Assembly (NCBI GenBank): GCA_965223905.1
Contig: CBDCXV010000001.1
Coordinates: 1,600,001-1,664,000, forward strand
Origin: Candidatus Latescibacterota bacterium
GTDB lineage: Bacteria; Latescibacterota; UBA2968; UBA8231
Direction: 5' to 3'
DNA: 64,000 nt
Each line of letters starts with the position of its first letter. The stretch's first letter is position 1. The notes beneath the pieces are model-generated. The model saw only the letters and a list, made by a program, of their open reading frames with translations, had not been told where the DNA came from and did no database searches. Shown in pieces: positions 21,034-30,968 of this stretch. Made by a program: the position numbers and the translations under genes.

Positions 21034-21912
21034 TCAGATATATCCCGAGGAGGAGAGCAGATCGATCTCGTCGCTCAGCCGTTCGAGCACGTGGTCGAGG
21101 TAGATGGACATGCGCTGGAAAGGCAGGTTGTCGCGTCCGATCGCCGGCATGTAGTTGAAGAAAACAGAACGCCTGATCGAGTCGTTGGTGACGGGATAGG
21201 CGTTGTGGGTCATCCCCTCCGAGAAGACGACGACGTCCCCGGGCGCGGCCAGCACCGGCACCGCCATCGGGTTCCTTCTCGCGTCCGTCATGTCGAAAGG
21301 ACAGGGGAAGTTCGCCTTGTGGCTCCCCGGGATCGCGGCGAAGGGGCCGTTCTCCACCCGGGTCATGTCGGACAGGATCACCACGCTCTTGGTGCTCCTG
21401 CAGGCGAACCGCTGCTGCGTGTGGTCGTAGGCGTAGTAGATGTCGCGGTCGAGAGGAAAGCCGCCGTTGTGGAGCCCGCCCCCTGAAACGGGTCCCACCT
21501 TCTCGATGTAGTAGGTCGCCGAGATGTAGACCGGGCCGCCCGCCAGCTCGCGGTGGATGGACTTCATCACCGGATCGCGCACAATGCGGTCGAACTTCGC
21601 GGTGCCGCACAGGGCGTGGTCGACCCGCCCGATGCCGCCGGTCCCGGGGTTGGGGCGCCGGTCGGGGCGGTGCTCCCCCTTCCAGAACGGATGCTCCGGG
21701 TCGGACATCGCCGGGGCCAGGAAATAGCTGGCGACCCCGATCCGGGTGTAGGTCTCGTAGTCGACGGGAATCGCCTGAAGCTCGTCGATGCCGGCGTGGA
21801 ACTCCGCCACCGCCTCCTCGTCGTAGTGCCCTTTCAGAACGATGTACCCCCGCAGGTCGAACTCGTACTTCTGCTCCGGGGTCAGGGCGAAAGCGGAATC
21901 AGTGGAGGTCAT
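21034..21912 (-). CDS. PhyH-family Fe/2OG oxygenase with an HxG variant triad
   Basis: FDLRGYIVL, GGLHNGG, ENGPFAAIPGSHK, MTHNA. Confidence 0.85.
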   Translation of the reverse strand: MTSTDSAFALTPEQKYEFDLRGYIVLKGHYDEEAVAEFHAGIDELQAIPVDYETYTRIGVASYFLAPAMSDPEHPFWKGEHRPDRRPNPGTGGIGRVDHALCGTAKFDRIVRDPVMKSIHRELAGGPVYISATYYIEKVGPVSGGGLHNGGFPLDRDIYYAYDHTQQRFACRSTKSVVILSDMTRVENGPFAAIPGSHKANFPCPFDMTDARRNPMAVPVLAAPGDVVVFSEGMTHNAYPVTNDSIRRSVFFNYMPAIGRDNLPFQRMSIYLDHVLERLSDEIDLLSSSGYI

Positions 21913-21998
21913 TTTCCGGGTGCTCCTCTTTGCCGCCCGGGGTCAGGAGGTGCAGCGGTTTGCCCTTCGCGTCAGGATCGTCGGCACGCGGCGCTGCC

Positions 21999-23282
21999 CT
22001 ACAGGTCGTATCCTGCTTCGCCGTGCTCGTTCAGATCGAGTCCACTGGTCTCGGTATCCTCATCTACTCGCAGGCCGATGGCCAGGTCGATGACCTTGAG
22101 AATCACAAACGAGACGATCAGGGTATAAACCGCTGCGCCGACAGCAGCAAAAGCCTGGATACCCAACTGTTTTCCCATGTTCAGGCCCTCGACGGTGCCG
22201 CCCAGGGAGGTCGAGGCGAAGAAGGACACCAGCAGAACCCCGACCAGGCCGCCGAAGCCGTGAACCCCCACTACGTCGAGCGCGTCGTCGTACCCGCAGG
22301 TGCGCTTGAGCCAGGTGGCGGCCCAATAGGCTACCAGACCGGAGCACAGGCCGATGGCAAAGGCGCCGAGCGGCCCCACTGTGCCCGAGGCCGGGGTAAT
22401 GGCCGCCAGTCCCGCGATGGCCCCGGTGGCAAAACCGAGCGCACTGGGTTTCCCGTTTTTGATCCAATCGAGGAAAATCCAGGTCAGCGCTGCGACGCTG
22501 GGGGAGATCTGGGTGACCACGACTGCCATGGCGGCCTGCCCGTTCGCCGCCAGGGCGCTGCCGCCATTGAAACCGAACCACCCAACCCAGAGCATGGCCG
22601 TGCCGACGAGGTTCATGGTCATGTTGTGCGGGGGCATCGGCTGCTTGGGATAGCCGGCGCGCTTGCCGACGAGGATCGCCGCCACCAGGGCGGCCGCCCC
22701 CGCGGTGATGTGGACGACGATGCCGCCGGCAAAGTCGAATACCCCCATGGCGCCCAGGTACCCGCCCTCTCCCCAGACCATGTGGGTGATGGGCAGATAA
22801 ACCAGAACGCACCACAGCCCGCTGAACCACAACACCGCCGAAAACTTCATGCGCTCGGCAAAGGCACCGACGATAAGCCCGGGAGTGATGATGGCGAACG
22901 TCATCTGGAAAACGAAGAAGAGCGGTTCGGGGATGGTGCCGGAAAGGCTGTCCGGGGAGACCCCGCTGAGAAAGACCTTGGACAGGCTGCCGATGAAGGG
23001 ATTGCCGGCTGTAAAGGCCAGGCTGTATCCGAAAAGGGTCCACAAGACCGTGATCAGGGCGGCAATCCCGAAACAGCTCATATAGACCGAGAGCACGTTG
23101 CGCGTGCGCACCAAGCCGGCGTAGAACATGGCCAGGCCCGGTATCATCATGAAGAGCACCAGGCCGGTGGAAATCAGGATCCAGGCCGTGTCTCCGGTGT
23201 CGAGCTTGTCCTGGGCTGAAGCGGAATTCGGTGCCCAGACCAGCAACAGAGGGAGGATTCCCCACACTCTGCGAAACTTCAT
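21999..23282 (-). CDS. amtB: Ammonium transporter
   Basis: FQMTFAIIT, DFAGGIVVH, LWVGWFGFNGGS, DDALDVVGVHG; AGGAGG RBS. Confidence 0.96.
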   Translation of the reverse strand: MKFRRVWGILPLLLVWAPNSASAQDKLDTGDTAWILISTGLVLFMMIPGLAMFYAGLVRTRNVLSVYMSCFGIAALITVLWTLFGYSLAFTAGNPFIGSLSKVFLSGVSPDSLSGTIPEPLFFVFQMTFAIITPGLIVGAFAERMKFSAVLWFSGLWCVLVYLPITHMVWGEGGYLGAMGVFDFAGGIVVHITAGAAALVAAILVGKRAGYPKQPMPPHNMTMNLVGTAMLWVGWFGFNGGSALAANGQAAMAVVVTQISPSVAALTWIFLDWIKNGKPSALGFATGAIAGLAAITPASGTVGPLGAFAIGLCSGLVAYWAATWLKRTCGYDDALDVVGVHGFGGLVGVLLVSFFASTSLGGTVEGLNMGKQLGIQAFAAVGAAVYTLIVSFVILKVIDLAIGLRVDEDTETSGLDLNEHGEAGYDL

Positions 23283-23584
23283 AATGAACCTCCTATGGGT
23301 GCGAACTACGTGGAATGCGTCAGGGGCCCTCGCGGTCTGCACCGGGAAATGGGGGTCGGTCCCATGCTCTCGCTGGCTCTCCGATCACGAACCGGGCCCC
23401 GCACGGATGACGAGGACCTCCATCCCCTGCACAACGCGGGCAAATTCCCTTTACCCCCTGTCCGAGTCAAGGCGGTCCGGGATCATCGGCTTCGCTTGCA
23501 CGACATCGATACACTGCGCTTGTTAATCCTGTCTCCAGGACCGCTGCCCCGCCGACTCCGGCACCAACCGCGAGGTAAAACCGC

Positions 23585-24424
23585 ATGCTGACCCGGGAAC
23601 AGATCGACGCCTACCGCCGCGACGGCTTCGTCAAGGTCGAAGGCCTGTTCACCCCGGACGAGGTCGCCGACCTCGCCGGCGACATGGTGCGCATCATCGA
23701 GGAGTGGGGGGAGGAGACCATCGGCTGGAGGGGGCCGTGGAGGAAGGGCTACCTGCCCGACGACGAACAGGAGAGCACCAAGGCGGTGTTCCTCCACAAC
23801 CCGCAGCATTACTCCGCGGTCTGGGGGCGGGTCATCTTCCACGAGCGCCTGCTCGCCTGCATCACCGCCCTGATCGGCGACAGCATCCAGTGGCATCACA
23901 CCGTCCTCCACGCCAAGCCGCCGGAAAGGGGCACCCCCTTCCCGATGCACCAGGACTTCCCCTTCTACCCGCACGACGGCGCCGGCTTCGTCGACTGCCT
24001 GCTGCACCTCGACGACGCCCCGTTCGAGTCGGGCGCCCTGCACGTCGTTCCCGGAAGCCACAGGCAGGGGCCGCTCGAGCACGTCCTCGGCCCCGACACG
24101 GCGCCGCACCTGCCGCTCGACCAGTATCACCCCGACAAGGTCGACAGCGTGGCCATCCCGGCGCGGGCGGGGGACGTCGTCTTCTTCAGCTACATGGCCG
24201 TGCACTGGTCCGACTGCAACCGCACCGGTCAGTGGCGCAAGGCGGTGCGCTTCGGCTACCACCACACCGGCCTGCGCCCCGTCGGGCGCGCCGAGGACGA
24301 CCCCTACAGCATCGACCTCGACAACCTGCTCGAACGCAACAGCAACACCGTCGTATCCGGCTTCCGCTCCAACCACGAAGAGCTGAAGCAGGCTCCGACC
24401 GCTTCCGTCCAGGCCCGCGCATGA
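23585..24424 (+). CDS. PhyH-family dioxygenase
   Basis: YRRDGFV, PMHQD, GALHVVPGSH, VHWSDCN. Confidence 0.9.
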   Translation: MLTREQIDAYRRDGFVKVEGLFTPDEVADLAGDMVRIIEEWGEETIGWRGPWRKGYLPDDEQESTKAVFLHNPQHYSAVWGRVIFHERLLACITALIGDSIQWHHTVLHAKPPERGTPFPMHQDFPFYPHDGAGFVDCLLHLDDAPFESGALHVVPGSHRQGPLEHVLGPDTAPHLPLDQYHPDKVDSVAIPARAGDVVFFSYMAVHWSDCNRTGQWRKAVRFGYHHTGLRPVGRAEDDPYSIDLDNLLERNSNTVVSGFRSNHEELKQAPTASVQARA

Positions 24425-24442
24425 CCCGCATCGAGGCCGGCG

Positions 24443-24964
24443 ATGGCGGGGGCTGAACCGGGGCCGCGGGCAGGTGCCGCGCGCCGCCTCTGCACCGTCG
24501 AGATTGCCAAGGACTACCTCTCTTTCTCGGCGGCGCACTTCACCATCTTCTCCGGGGAGAGGCGGGAGAACCTGCACGGCCACAACTTCGCCGTGCAGGG
24601 CCGGGCCACCGGCTGGGTCGGGGAGAACGGTCTCACCTTCGATTACGAGCTGCTGAAGTCGGGAATCGGGAAGCTGTGCACCCGCCTCGACGAGAAGCTG
24701 CTGCTCCCCTCCGGCTCCCCGCACCTCGACATCCGCAGCGGCACCGAAGGGGTGGAGGTCCGCTTCGGAGAGGAGCGCCTGCATTTCCTCGAAAGGGACG
24801 TCCTGCTGATTCCGGTCGCCAACGTTACCGTGGAAGAGCTCTCCGGGTGGTTCCTCGACCTCCTGCTCGCCGACCGGGAGATCGACGCCCTAGCCCTGGA
24901 AGAGCTCGAGGTCCGCGTCTCCAGCGGACCCGGCCAATGGGGGATCAGCCGCTGGCGGCGCTGA
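24443..24964 (+). CDS. queD: 6-carboxytetrahydropterin synthase / PTPS (QueD family)
   Basis: FSAAH, LHGHNF, NVTVEELS. Confidence 0.75.
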   Translation: MAGAEPGPRAGAARRLCTVEIAKDYLSFSAAHFTIFSGERRENLHGHNFAVQGRATGWVGENGLTFDYELLKSGIGKLCTRLDEKLLLPSGSPHLDIRSGTEGVEVRFGEERLHFLERDVLLIPVANVTVEELSGWFLDLLLADREIDALALEELEVRVSSGPGQWGISRWRR

Positions 24965-25011
24965 TCGGCCGCTGCTCAGTCCTTTCGGTTGACCTGAAGA
25001 GGAGCTTTCCG

Positions 25012-26589
25012 ATGCGCTTTTTCAACACGGCAGGTCCGGTCAAGCCCGCAAAGCACTACTGCATCGCGCCCTTGGATCGGCTGAACCTGGCCGGGGTGAT
25101 CGCGCTGGTGCGGGACGAGAAGTATTTCGTGCTGCACGCGCCGCGTCAGACCGGCAAGACCTCGACGCTGCTGGCGTTGCGCGACCTGCTCAATGCCAAA
25201 GGGCGCTATCGCTGCGTGTACGTCAATGTCGAGGTCGGGCAGGCGGCCCGTGAAGACACCCAGCGAGCCATGCGGGCGATCCTCAGCCAACTGGCCTTGC
25301 GCGCCCGGCATGCCCTGCAAGACGAGTTCGTCGAGGAAATCTGGTTCGATGTGTTGCAACGATCCGGTCCCGATGCCGCTCTCCAGCAAGTGCTCAGCCG
25401 CTGGGCGGCAGCCGACTCGACGCCGCTGGTGCTGCTGATCGACGAGATCGACGCACTGGTGGGCGACACCCTCGTGTCGGTGCTGCGGCAGTTGCGCGCC
25501 GGCTACGACCTGCGGCCAGAGGGGTTTCCGCAGAGCTTGGTGCTGTGCGGCGTGCGCGACGTGCGCGACTACCGCATTCAATCGACCGCGGAGAACGCCA
25601 TCATCACCGGCGGTAGCGCGTTCAACATCAAGGCCCGGTCGTTGCGTCTGGACGACTTTCCGCGGGCGGAGGTGCTGGCGCTGCTGGGGCAGCACACCGA
25701 GGAGACCGGCCAGGTCTTCACCGCCGAGGCGCTGAAGACGGTCTGGACGCAGACCCAGGGGCAGCCGTGGCTGGTCAACGCGCTGGCCGACGAAGCCTGT
25801 TTTGCGGGCGAATTCGCCGAGGAGTGGCATCGTCCGGTTGCCGCCGAGGCCATCCACGCCGCGAAAGAGCGGCTCATCGCGCGGCGCGAGACGCATCTGG
25901 ATCAGTTGGCCGACAAGCTCAGGGAGGATCGGGTGCGAGGGGTGGTCGAGCCGCTGCTGAGTGGTGGCGAAGCGCGCTCGCTTCCACCGGACGACTTGAT
26001 GTACGCCCGCGATCTGGGCCTCATCAGCATCGACGACCCCATGCGCATCGCCAATCCGATGTACCGCGAAGTCATTCCGCGGGAACTGACCTATACCACT
26101 CAAGCGACGTTAGCCCAGGACACGGCGTGGTATGTGGATGCCGAGGGCGGCTTGGACCTGGGCAAGCTGCTGCCGGCCTTTCAGGCGTTCTTCCGCGAGC
26201 ACTCGGAGCACTGGGCGGAGCGGTTCCAGTACAAGGAAGCCGGTCCGCAACTGCTGTTGCAGGCGTTTCTGCAGCGAATTGTCAATAGCGGCGGGCGGAT
26301 CGAGCGGGAGTATGGGTTGGGGCGGATGCGGACGGATTTGCTGATCGTGTGGCCGCAAGGTGAGCAGACGCGCCGATTCGTCGTCGAGTGCAAAGTGCTG
26401 CACAAGAGCCTGGAGCAGACTATCGGCGCGGGGCTGGAACAGACCGCGGACTACATGGATCGCTGCCAGGCGGAGGCGGGTCATCTGGTGATATTCGACC
26501 GGCGGGCAGGGCGGCGTTGGGACGACAAACTGTTTCACAGCCGCCGGGTGTCGAATGGCGGCGTGGAGGTCCAGGTGTGGGGGATGTGA
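25012..26589 (+). CDS. AAA-like ATPase with C-terminal PD-(D/E)XK nuclease-like domain
   Basis: MRFFNTAGP, APRQTGKTS, LLIDEID, REYGLGRMRTDL...VECK. Confidence 0.85.
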   Translation: MRFFNTAGPVKPAKHYCIAPLDRLNLAGVIALVRDEKYFVLHAPRQTGKTSTLLALRDLLNAKGRYRCVYVNVEVGQAAREDTQRAMRAILSQLALRARHALQDEFVEEIWFDVLQRSGPDAALQQVLSRWAAADSTPLVLLIDEIDALVGDTLVSVLRQLRAGYDLRPEGFPQSLVLCGVRDVRDYRIQSTAENAIITGGSAFNIKARSLRLDDFPRAEVLALLGQHTEETGQVFTAEALKTVWTQTQGQPWLVNALADEACFAGEFAEEWHRPVAAEAIHAAKERLIARRETHLDQLADKLREDRVRGVVEPLLSGGEARSLPPDDLMYARDLGLISIDDPMRIANPMYREVIPRELTYTTQATLAQDTAWYVDAEGGLDLGKLLPAFQAFFREHSEHWAERFQYKEAGPQLLLQAFLQRIVNSGGRIEREYGLGRMRTDLLIVWPQGEQTRRFVVECKVLHKSLEQTIGAGLEQTADYMDRCQAEAGHLVIFDRRAGRRWDDKLFHSRRVSNGGVEVQVWGM

Positions 26590-26766
26590 GACCTGCCCCC
26601 TGAACGGGAGCTGCCTGTTTATCCGGTTGCAGCGGCGAACAGAGGTGGTCCCCCTCGCCGAGGCACGGCACGGAATTGCGCCGGGGAACAGCAGCCCTTA
26701 TCGTGCACCGCAACATAGCTCACCTGAACATCGACAAGCAGAAACCGGAAAACAGGAGAGGGATTC

Positions 26767-27420
26767 ATGGCAGACCAGAAACCGACCATCGACGTAATGG
26801 AGAGCGCCCCGTTCCTCGTGAAGGGCCTGAAGAAACTGACCGATTCCGAGGGCCGCCCGGTAGAGTTCCCCGAGTTTGCCAAAAAGAAAGGGGTGCTGGC
26901 GCTCTGCCGCTGCGGGCAGTCGGAAGACAAGCCGTTCTGCGACGGCACCCACAGGGATGTCGGCTTTTCCGGAAAGCGCGAACGCAGCGGAGAAGGGGAG
27001 GTGCGCGAGTTCGCAGGGGCGGAGATCACCGTGGTGGACGATGCCGGAAGCTGCTGCCACGCAGGGGAATGCGTCGCCGGCGCCGAAGCCGTCTTCTTCA
27101 GCTGGCAGGGGGACGAGCGGGTTTCCGAGCCCGACAAGGACAGCCGCGAAGCGATCATCGCCGCGGTCCGCAACTGCCCCTCCGGGGCGCTGGCCTACAA
27201 GCTCGAAGGGAAGCTTCACGACATCTACTTCTCCGAGCCCGAGATCCGCGTTTCGAAGGACGGCCCGCTTGAGGTGCGGGGCGGCGTTGGTCTCAACAAC
27301 CCGGACGGCCCCGGACCGAGGAGCGGGGACCACTACGCCCTGTGCCGCTGCGGCGCCTCGAAGAACAAGCCGTTCTGCGACGGCTCCCACTCCGCCGTCG
27401 GCTTCAGCGACGAGCAGTAG
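26767..27420 (+). CDS. CDGSH iron-sulfur protein (CDGSH-ferredoxin-CDGSH)
   Basis: LCRCGQSEDKPFCDGTH, CCHAGEC...CPSGAL, LCRCGASKNKPFCDGSH. Confidence 0.9.
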   Translation: MADQKPTIDVMESAPFLVKGLKKLTDSEGRPVEFPEFAKKKGVLALCRCGQSEDKPFCDGTHRDVGFSGKRERSGEGEVREFAGAEITVVDDAGSCCHAGECVAGAEAVFFSWQGDERVSEPDKDSREAIIAAVRNCPSGALAYKLEGKLHDIYFSEPEIRVSKDGPLEVRGGVGLNNPDGPGPRSGDHYALCRCGASKNKPFCDGSHSAVGFSDEQ

Positions 27421-27432
27421 GAGGGGGGAGCC

Positions 27433-28329
27433 ATGTCCGTCGACATCTACGAACGCAGCCCGGTCGGCAGCTTCACCAGGGAGCACTTGATCGAGTACAC
27501 CTCCGACTGGGAGGGGGAGCGCTTTGCCGACGGCCGCCCGCGCGTGCCGGACGAAATCATCGAGCGCATGAGGAACGTCACCCTGACCCAGGCCTGGGGC
27601 ACCTGCAACGGCGCCGGCTACGAGTTCCAGTTCGAAGGCGGCTTCATCAACACCCACCCGGGGCAGGTGCTGTGCGGGCGCGCCGTCACGGCGACCTTCA
27701 TGCCGCGGCGCCCCGACTGCCGCCGCGCCCTCGACGAGCAGGGTGAGAAGGGGGGGCACGAGGGGGACCACATCCACTGGACCATCAACATGCTGGTGAC
27801 AGGGGACGTGTACGTCGCCGACGTCTTCGGCAAGATCGACAAGGGGGCGATCATCGGCGACAACCTCGCCGCCTCCATCAAGGCGAAATCGGGGAACGGC
27901 GTCCTCCACGACAACTCGGTGCGCGACATCGAGGGGATCCGCGGCCTCGAGGACTTCCCCTGTTTCGTGCGCGGCTGGCACCCGTCGATCGCGGCGCCGA
28001 CGATCATGCTGACCGGCATGAACTGCCCGACCCGCATCGGCGGCTGCACGGTGATGCCCGGGGACATCGTCCTCGGCAAGGGGGACGCGGTGGTCTTCAT
28101 TCCCCCGCACCTGGCCGAGCAGACCGTCACCACCGCCGAGATCGTGCACCTGCGCGACATCTTCGGCAAGACCCGCCTCGGCGAGGGGAAGTACCTGCCC
28201 GGGGAGATCGACGGGCGCTGGGGGGACCACATCGAGAAGGACTTCTCCGAGTGGCTGGAGGACCACATCGACGAGCTGCCGGTCCCCAAGAGCGCGATCC
28301 AGGAGTACCTGAAGACAAGGACCTGGTGA
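27433..28329 (+). CDS. RraA/HMG aldolase family protein
   Basis: GRAVTATF, IIGDNLA, VRDIEG, VMPGDIVLG. Confidence 0.8.
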   Translation: MSVDIYERSPVGSFTREHLIEYTSDWEGERFADGRPRVPDEIIERMRNVTLTQAWGTCNGAGYEFQFEGGFINTHPGQVLCGRAVTATFMPRRPDCRRALDEQGEKGGHEGDHIHWTINMLVTGDVYVADVFGKIDKGAIIGDNLAASIKAKSGNGVLHDNSVRDIEGIRGLEDFPCFVRGWHPSIAAPTIMLTGMNCPTRIGGCTVMPGDIVLGKGDAVVFIPPHLAEQTVTTAEIVHLRDIFGKTRLGEGKYLPGEIDGRWGDHIEKDFSEWLEDHIDELPVPKSAIQEYLKTRTW

Positions 28330-28401
28330 AGGTACCCAAGGCTGGGTTCCTGTCTAGGCCTTGACGAGGTTGACCACTAAAAAAGAGAAGACAGAGAAGT
28401 G

Positions 28402-29529
28402 ATGGAAATTCAAGGTAAGAACCTTTGGCAGCATGCGGCCGGGGATCCAGCTCACAACCACGTGGATCTGTGCCTTGAATGGGGGGTCATTTTGAATGGC
28501 CCAGGTGGGAAGGGTGAATGGAATGACGGCGCTTGTTATGGTCGGGGCAGAAAACAAACCGATCTCCGCCGATTCTGCGAAGAAACGGAGATGAAGACCG
28601 GCGATATCGTCGTTCTTCGTATAGGCACAACGGCAATCTACGGAGTCGGTGTCGTCGGCGAATACAAATGGTGCGACGAATTCAATGATGTTGACGGGTG
28701 GGACCTTGGACACACGCGCCGCGTGCATTGGTTATGGCGATACGATGTCGATGGCATGATCAATGGCATGCCCTCTCCCCAATCTTTCGACACATACACA
28801 ATGAAGCTTGGAGACACGACGCAGCGTCTCGATGCTCCCGCGGTAATATCCTGGCTGGAGTCACTGGATATTCCAGATGATCAGGCTTCGCATTTACTCC
28901 CTGACCTGCCAAAGGCCGCCGAGGGAGAAGGGTGTAATAAAATCAGTAGCGATAAGATAGCAGAGTTCTTGTTCAAAGAAGGCATTCCAAGCGATTCAAT
29001 TCGAAACCTGTTGGATCCGAACGGCGAATTCATTCGAATCGCCAACTGGTACAGGGGACTAAATCCTTCAGAGAACGAAACAGTGAGCCATCTCGTCGTA
29101 CCACTGGTTCGGATCCTCGGTTGGACCCCTCAAAGGATAGCCCTAGAATGGAGCAGAATCGATATCGCGCTCTTCTCAAGAATGCCTCGGAACAACGACC
29201 ATCTCTCCGTGGTCGTCGAAGCCAAGAAGGTTCACAACGCGTGTTTGTCGTGGGCAGTATCCCAGGCTCAAAACTACGCATCGCCACTTCCGAATTGCCG
29301 CCGTCTGGTCGTAACGGACGGCCTTCGTTACGGGATATTCACTAGAACGAGTAAGGACGAGGAATTTTCGCTGTATGCCTATCTGAACCTTACCAGACTT
29401 CGCAACCAGTATCCGGTCTACGGATGCAACGGCGCCAAAGAAGCAATCCTGGCCATGACTCCCGAATGGGAACCTGATTGGCAAACTGATTCGCAACAGG
29501 CTGCCCTGTCGCGGGAAAACGCGGAGTAG
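28402..29529 (+). CDS. Putative restriction endonuclease: McrB-N-like DNA-binding region + HSDR_N-like PD-(D/E)XK domain
   Basis: EMKTGDIVV...YGVGVVGEY...HTRRVHW; ENET...PLVRILGW...IDIAL...VVEAKK...QAQNYA...VTDGLRY. Confidence 0.6.
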   Translation: MEIQGKNLWQHAAGDPAHNHVDLCLEWGVILNGPGGKGEWNDGACYGRGRKQTDLRRFCEETEMKTGDIVVLRIGTTAIYGVGVVGEYKWCDEFNDVDGWDLGHTRRVHWLWRYDVDGMINGMPSPQSFDTYTMKLGDTTQRLDAPAVISWLESLDIPDDQASHLLPDLPKAAEGEGCNKISSDKIAEFLFKEGIPSDSIRNLLDPNGEFIRIANWYRGLNPSENETVSHLVVPLVRILGWTPQRIALEWSRIDIALFSRMPRNNDHLSVVVEAKKVHNACLSWAVSQAQNYASPLPNCRRLVVTDGLRYGIFTRTSKDEEFSLYAYLNLTRLRNQYPVYGCNGAKEAILAMTPEWEPDWQTDSQQAALSRENAE

Positions 29530-29578
29530 GTGCTGGACGGTCGTTTCCCTTACGAACGGGAATAGAAGGAGACATTTC

Positions 29579-29863
29579 ATGGACGAGGACTATCTAAAGG
29601 GGGTCATCGAGGGATTGGGCGGTGCCAAAGCCTTGATGGATGAGATGGACCAGTATCACGAAATCGTCGCTCGCATGAGAAAGGAGCGCCCCAATCTGTT
29701 GGAGCGTCACCCCGACAAATGGGTGGCGATGGGACAGGAGGGGGTCTTGGCCGTAGGAGACTCCATGGATGAGGTGCTCAGCGAGGTTGAAGGCCGTGGG
29801 TTGCATGGAGCGGACGTAGTGATCGAGTTCATGGACACGGACCCTCCCCTGCTGATCCTGTGA
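29579..29863 (+). CDS. DUF5678-like small protein
   Basis: LLERHPDKWVAM...VLAVGDSMDEV. Confidence 0.6.
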   Translation: MDEDYLKGVIEGLGGAKALMDEMDQYHEIVARMRKERPNLLERHPDKWVAMGQEGVLAVGDSMDEVLSEVEGRGLHGADVVIEFMDTDPPLLIL

Positions 29864-30025
29864 TCATCGGCGAGTTTGACGATCAGGGGCGACCATACGT
29901 CGAGGGCCGTGTTTTTTATCATCCCGCGCCTGGATTTCAATGAGATCGTACCGTTCCAACGAGGGACTGCCGTCGCTGCTCGGGCGTGATGTCATCAACC
30001 ACTGGCATATATACAAATCCAGGCT
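29860..30025 (+). pseudogene. Internally deleted retropepsin-like aspartyl protease remnant
   Basis: GTG overlaps the DUF5678 stop: IIGEFDDQGRPYVEG... then GLPSLLGRDVINHW; catalytic DTG segment absent. Confidence 0.5.
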
Positions 30026-30532
30026 ATGTCCATAGAACCAACCGGATCCGAAAAACCTTCGGTCTATATCGAGTCATCCATAGTCGGCTATTTAGCATCG
30101 CGGCCCAGCCGGGATGTAGTCGGAGCGGCTCGCCAAGCGATTTCTCACGATTGGTGGAGCAACCACCGGCATCGATTTGATCTTCGCATTTCTGCACTGG
30201 TCGAAGAAGAAATCTGCCGTGGGGACGACGAGGCGGCTGAACGGCGTCTGGGTTGGGTAGCCGAGATTCCGAGCTTGAGGATCTCGGACCAAGCTACTGA
30301 ACTGGCAGGACAGTTGCTGGCTGAAGGGGTTATTCCCGCAGGGAGTGAAGACGACGCGTTGCACATCGCAATTGCCGCCGCTCAGGGGGCGGATTTTCTC
30401 CTGACCTGGAATTTCCGTCATATCAACAACGCCGAAACGAAATCGGCTATTTTAAGAGTTGTAGAATCGTGTGGATTTGTATGTCCACACATCTGTTCGC
30501 CCGAAGGATTGGGGGGAGTATCAGATGATTGA
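30026..30532 (+). CDS. PIN-domain (VapC-like) toxin
   Basis: VYIESSIVGY, DALHIAIA, FLLTWNFRHI. Confidence 0.85.
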   Translation: MSIEPTGSEKPSVYIESSIVGYLASRPSRDVVGAARQAISHDWWSNHRHRFDLRISALVEEEICRGDDEAAERRLGWVAEIPSLRISDQATELAGQLLAEGVIPAGSEDDALHIAIAAAQGADFLLTWNFRHINNAETKSAILRVVESCGFVCPHICSPEGLGGVSDD

Positions 30533-30698
30533 AGATCCTGTTGTTGAAGAAATTCGCCGGCACCGTAAAGTCCATGCTGCCGAACATGGAAATGACCTTG
30601 GGCGCATTGTTCAAGCACTCCGCAAGCGCGAACGGGAATCTGATCGTCCGCTGCTGAATCCAGGGCCAAAGAAGCAACCAAGCCCAACCGAGGGCTGA
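30525..30698 (+). CDS. Small putative antitoxin
   Basis: MIEDPVVEEIRRHR..., overlaps the end of the PIN gene. Confidence 0.65.
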   Translation: MIEDPVVEEIRRHRKVHAAEHGNDLGRIVQALRKRERESDRPLLNPGPKKQPSPTEG

Positions 30699-30700
30699 TA

Positions 30701-30771
30701 TTCGACCGGCCCCTGCTCTACCTGATGGGGGACGGTTCCACCTGCTCGAGCTGGCTCATCGCGGCCGGAAG
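30701..30771 (+). repeat. Degenerate scrap of the 5' region of gene 33896..35803
   Basis: TTCGACCGGCCCCTGCTCTACCTGATGGGGGACGG... vs 34085 TTCAACTGGCCCCTGCTCTACCTGATGGGGGGCGG... Confidence 0.8.
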
Positions 30772-30968
30772 AGCGCCCCGCCGCCGCCGTTGCGAAAATC
30801 CGGGCCGCGTTCGCCGTCGAAAAGGCGGCGCAGCCTGCGATCCGAAGAGCTTCTCGCGCGGCGGACAACATCCGGACCGATACGAGCCGCCACCTGGCGG
30901 CGCGCTTCGCGACTCGACAGCCACTCCTCCCATTTCCAGGAAACCTTGACCGGCTCAGTCGAGCTCAC
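30756..30968 (-). CDS. Small hypothetical partner of the nucleotidyltransferase-like gene
   Basis: GTG start overlaps the 3' end of 30955..31548; C-terminus probably degraded. Confidence 0.3.
   Translation of the reverse strand: MSSTEPVKVSWKWEEWLSSREARRQVAARIGPDVVRRARSSSDRRLRRLFDGERGPDFRNGGGGALFRPR

Noticed and set aside
23428-23442. NtrC-like site TGCACAACGCGGGCA upstream of amtB
   Set aside because: Spacing and second half-site deviate from consensus; no convincing sigma54 promoter nearby
24443-24964. queD as part of a 7-deazaguanine DNA modification (dpd) system
   Set aside because: No queC, queE, folE or dpdA in the window
26589-26766. Tail copy of queD after the AAA gene, and sigma54-like CGGCACGGAATTGC
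   Set aside because: No queD similarity; GG-to-GC spacing is 9 nt rather than the required 10
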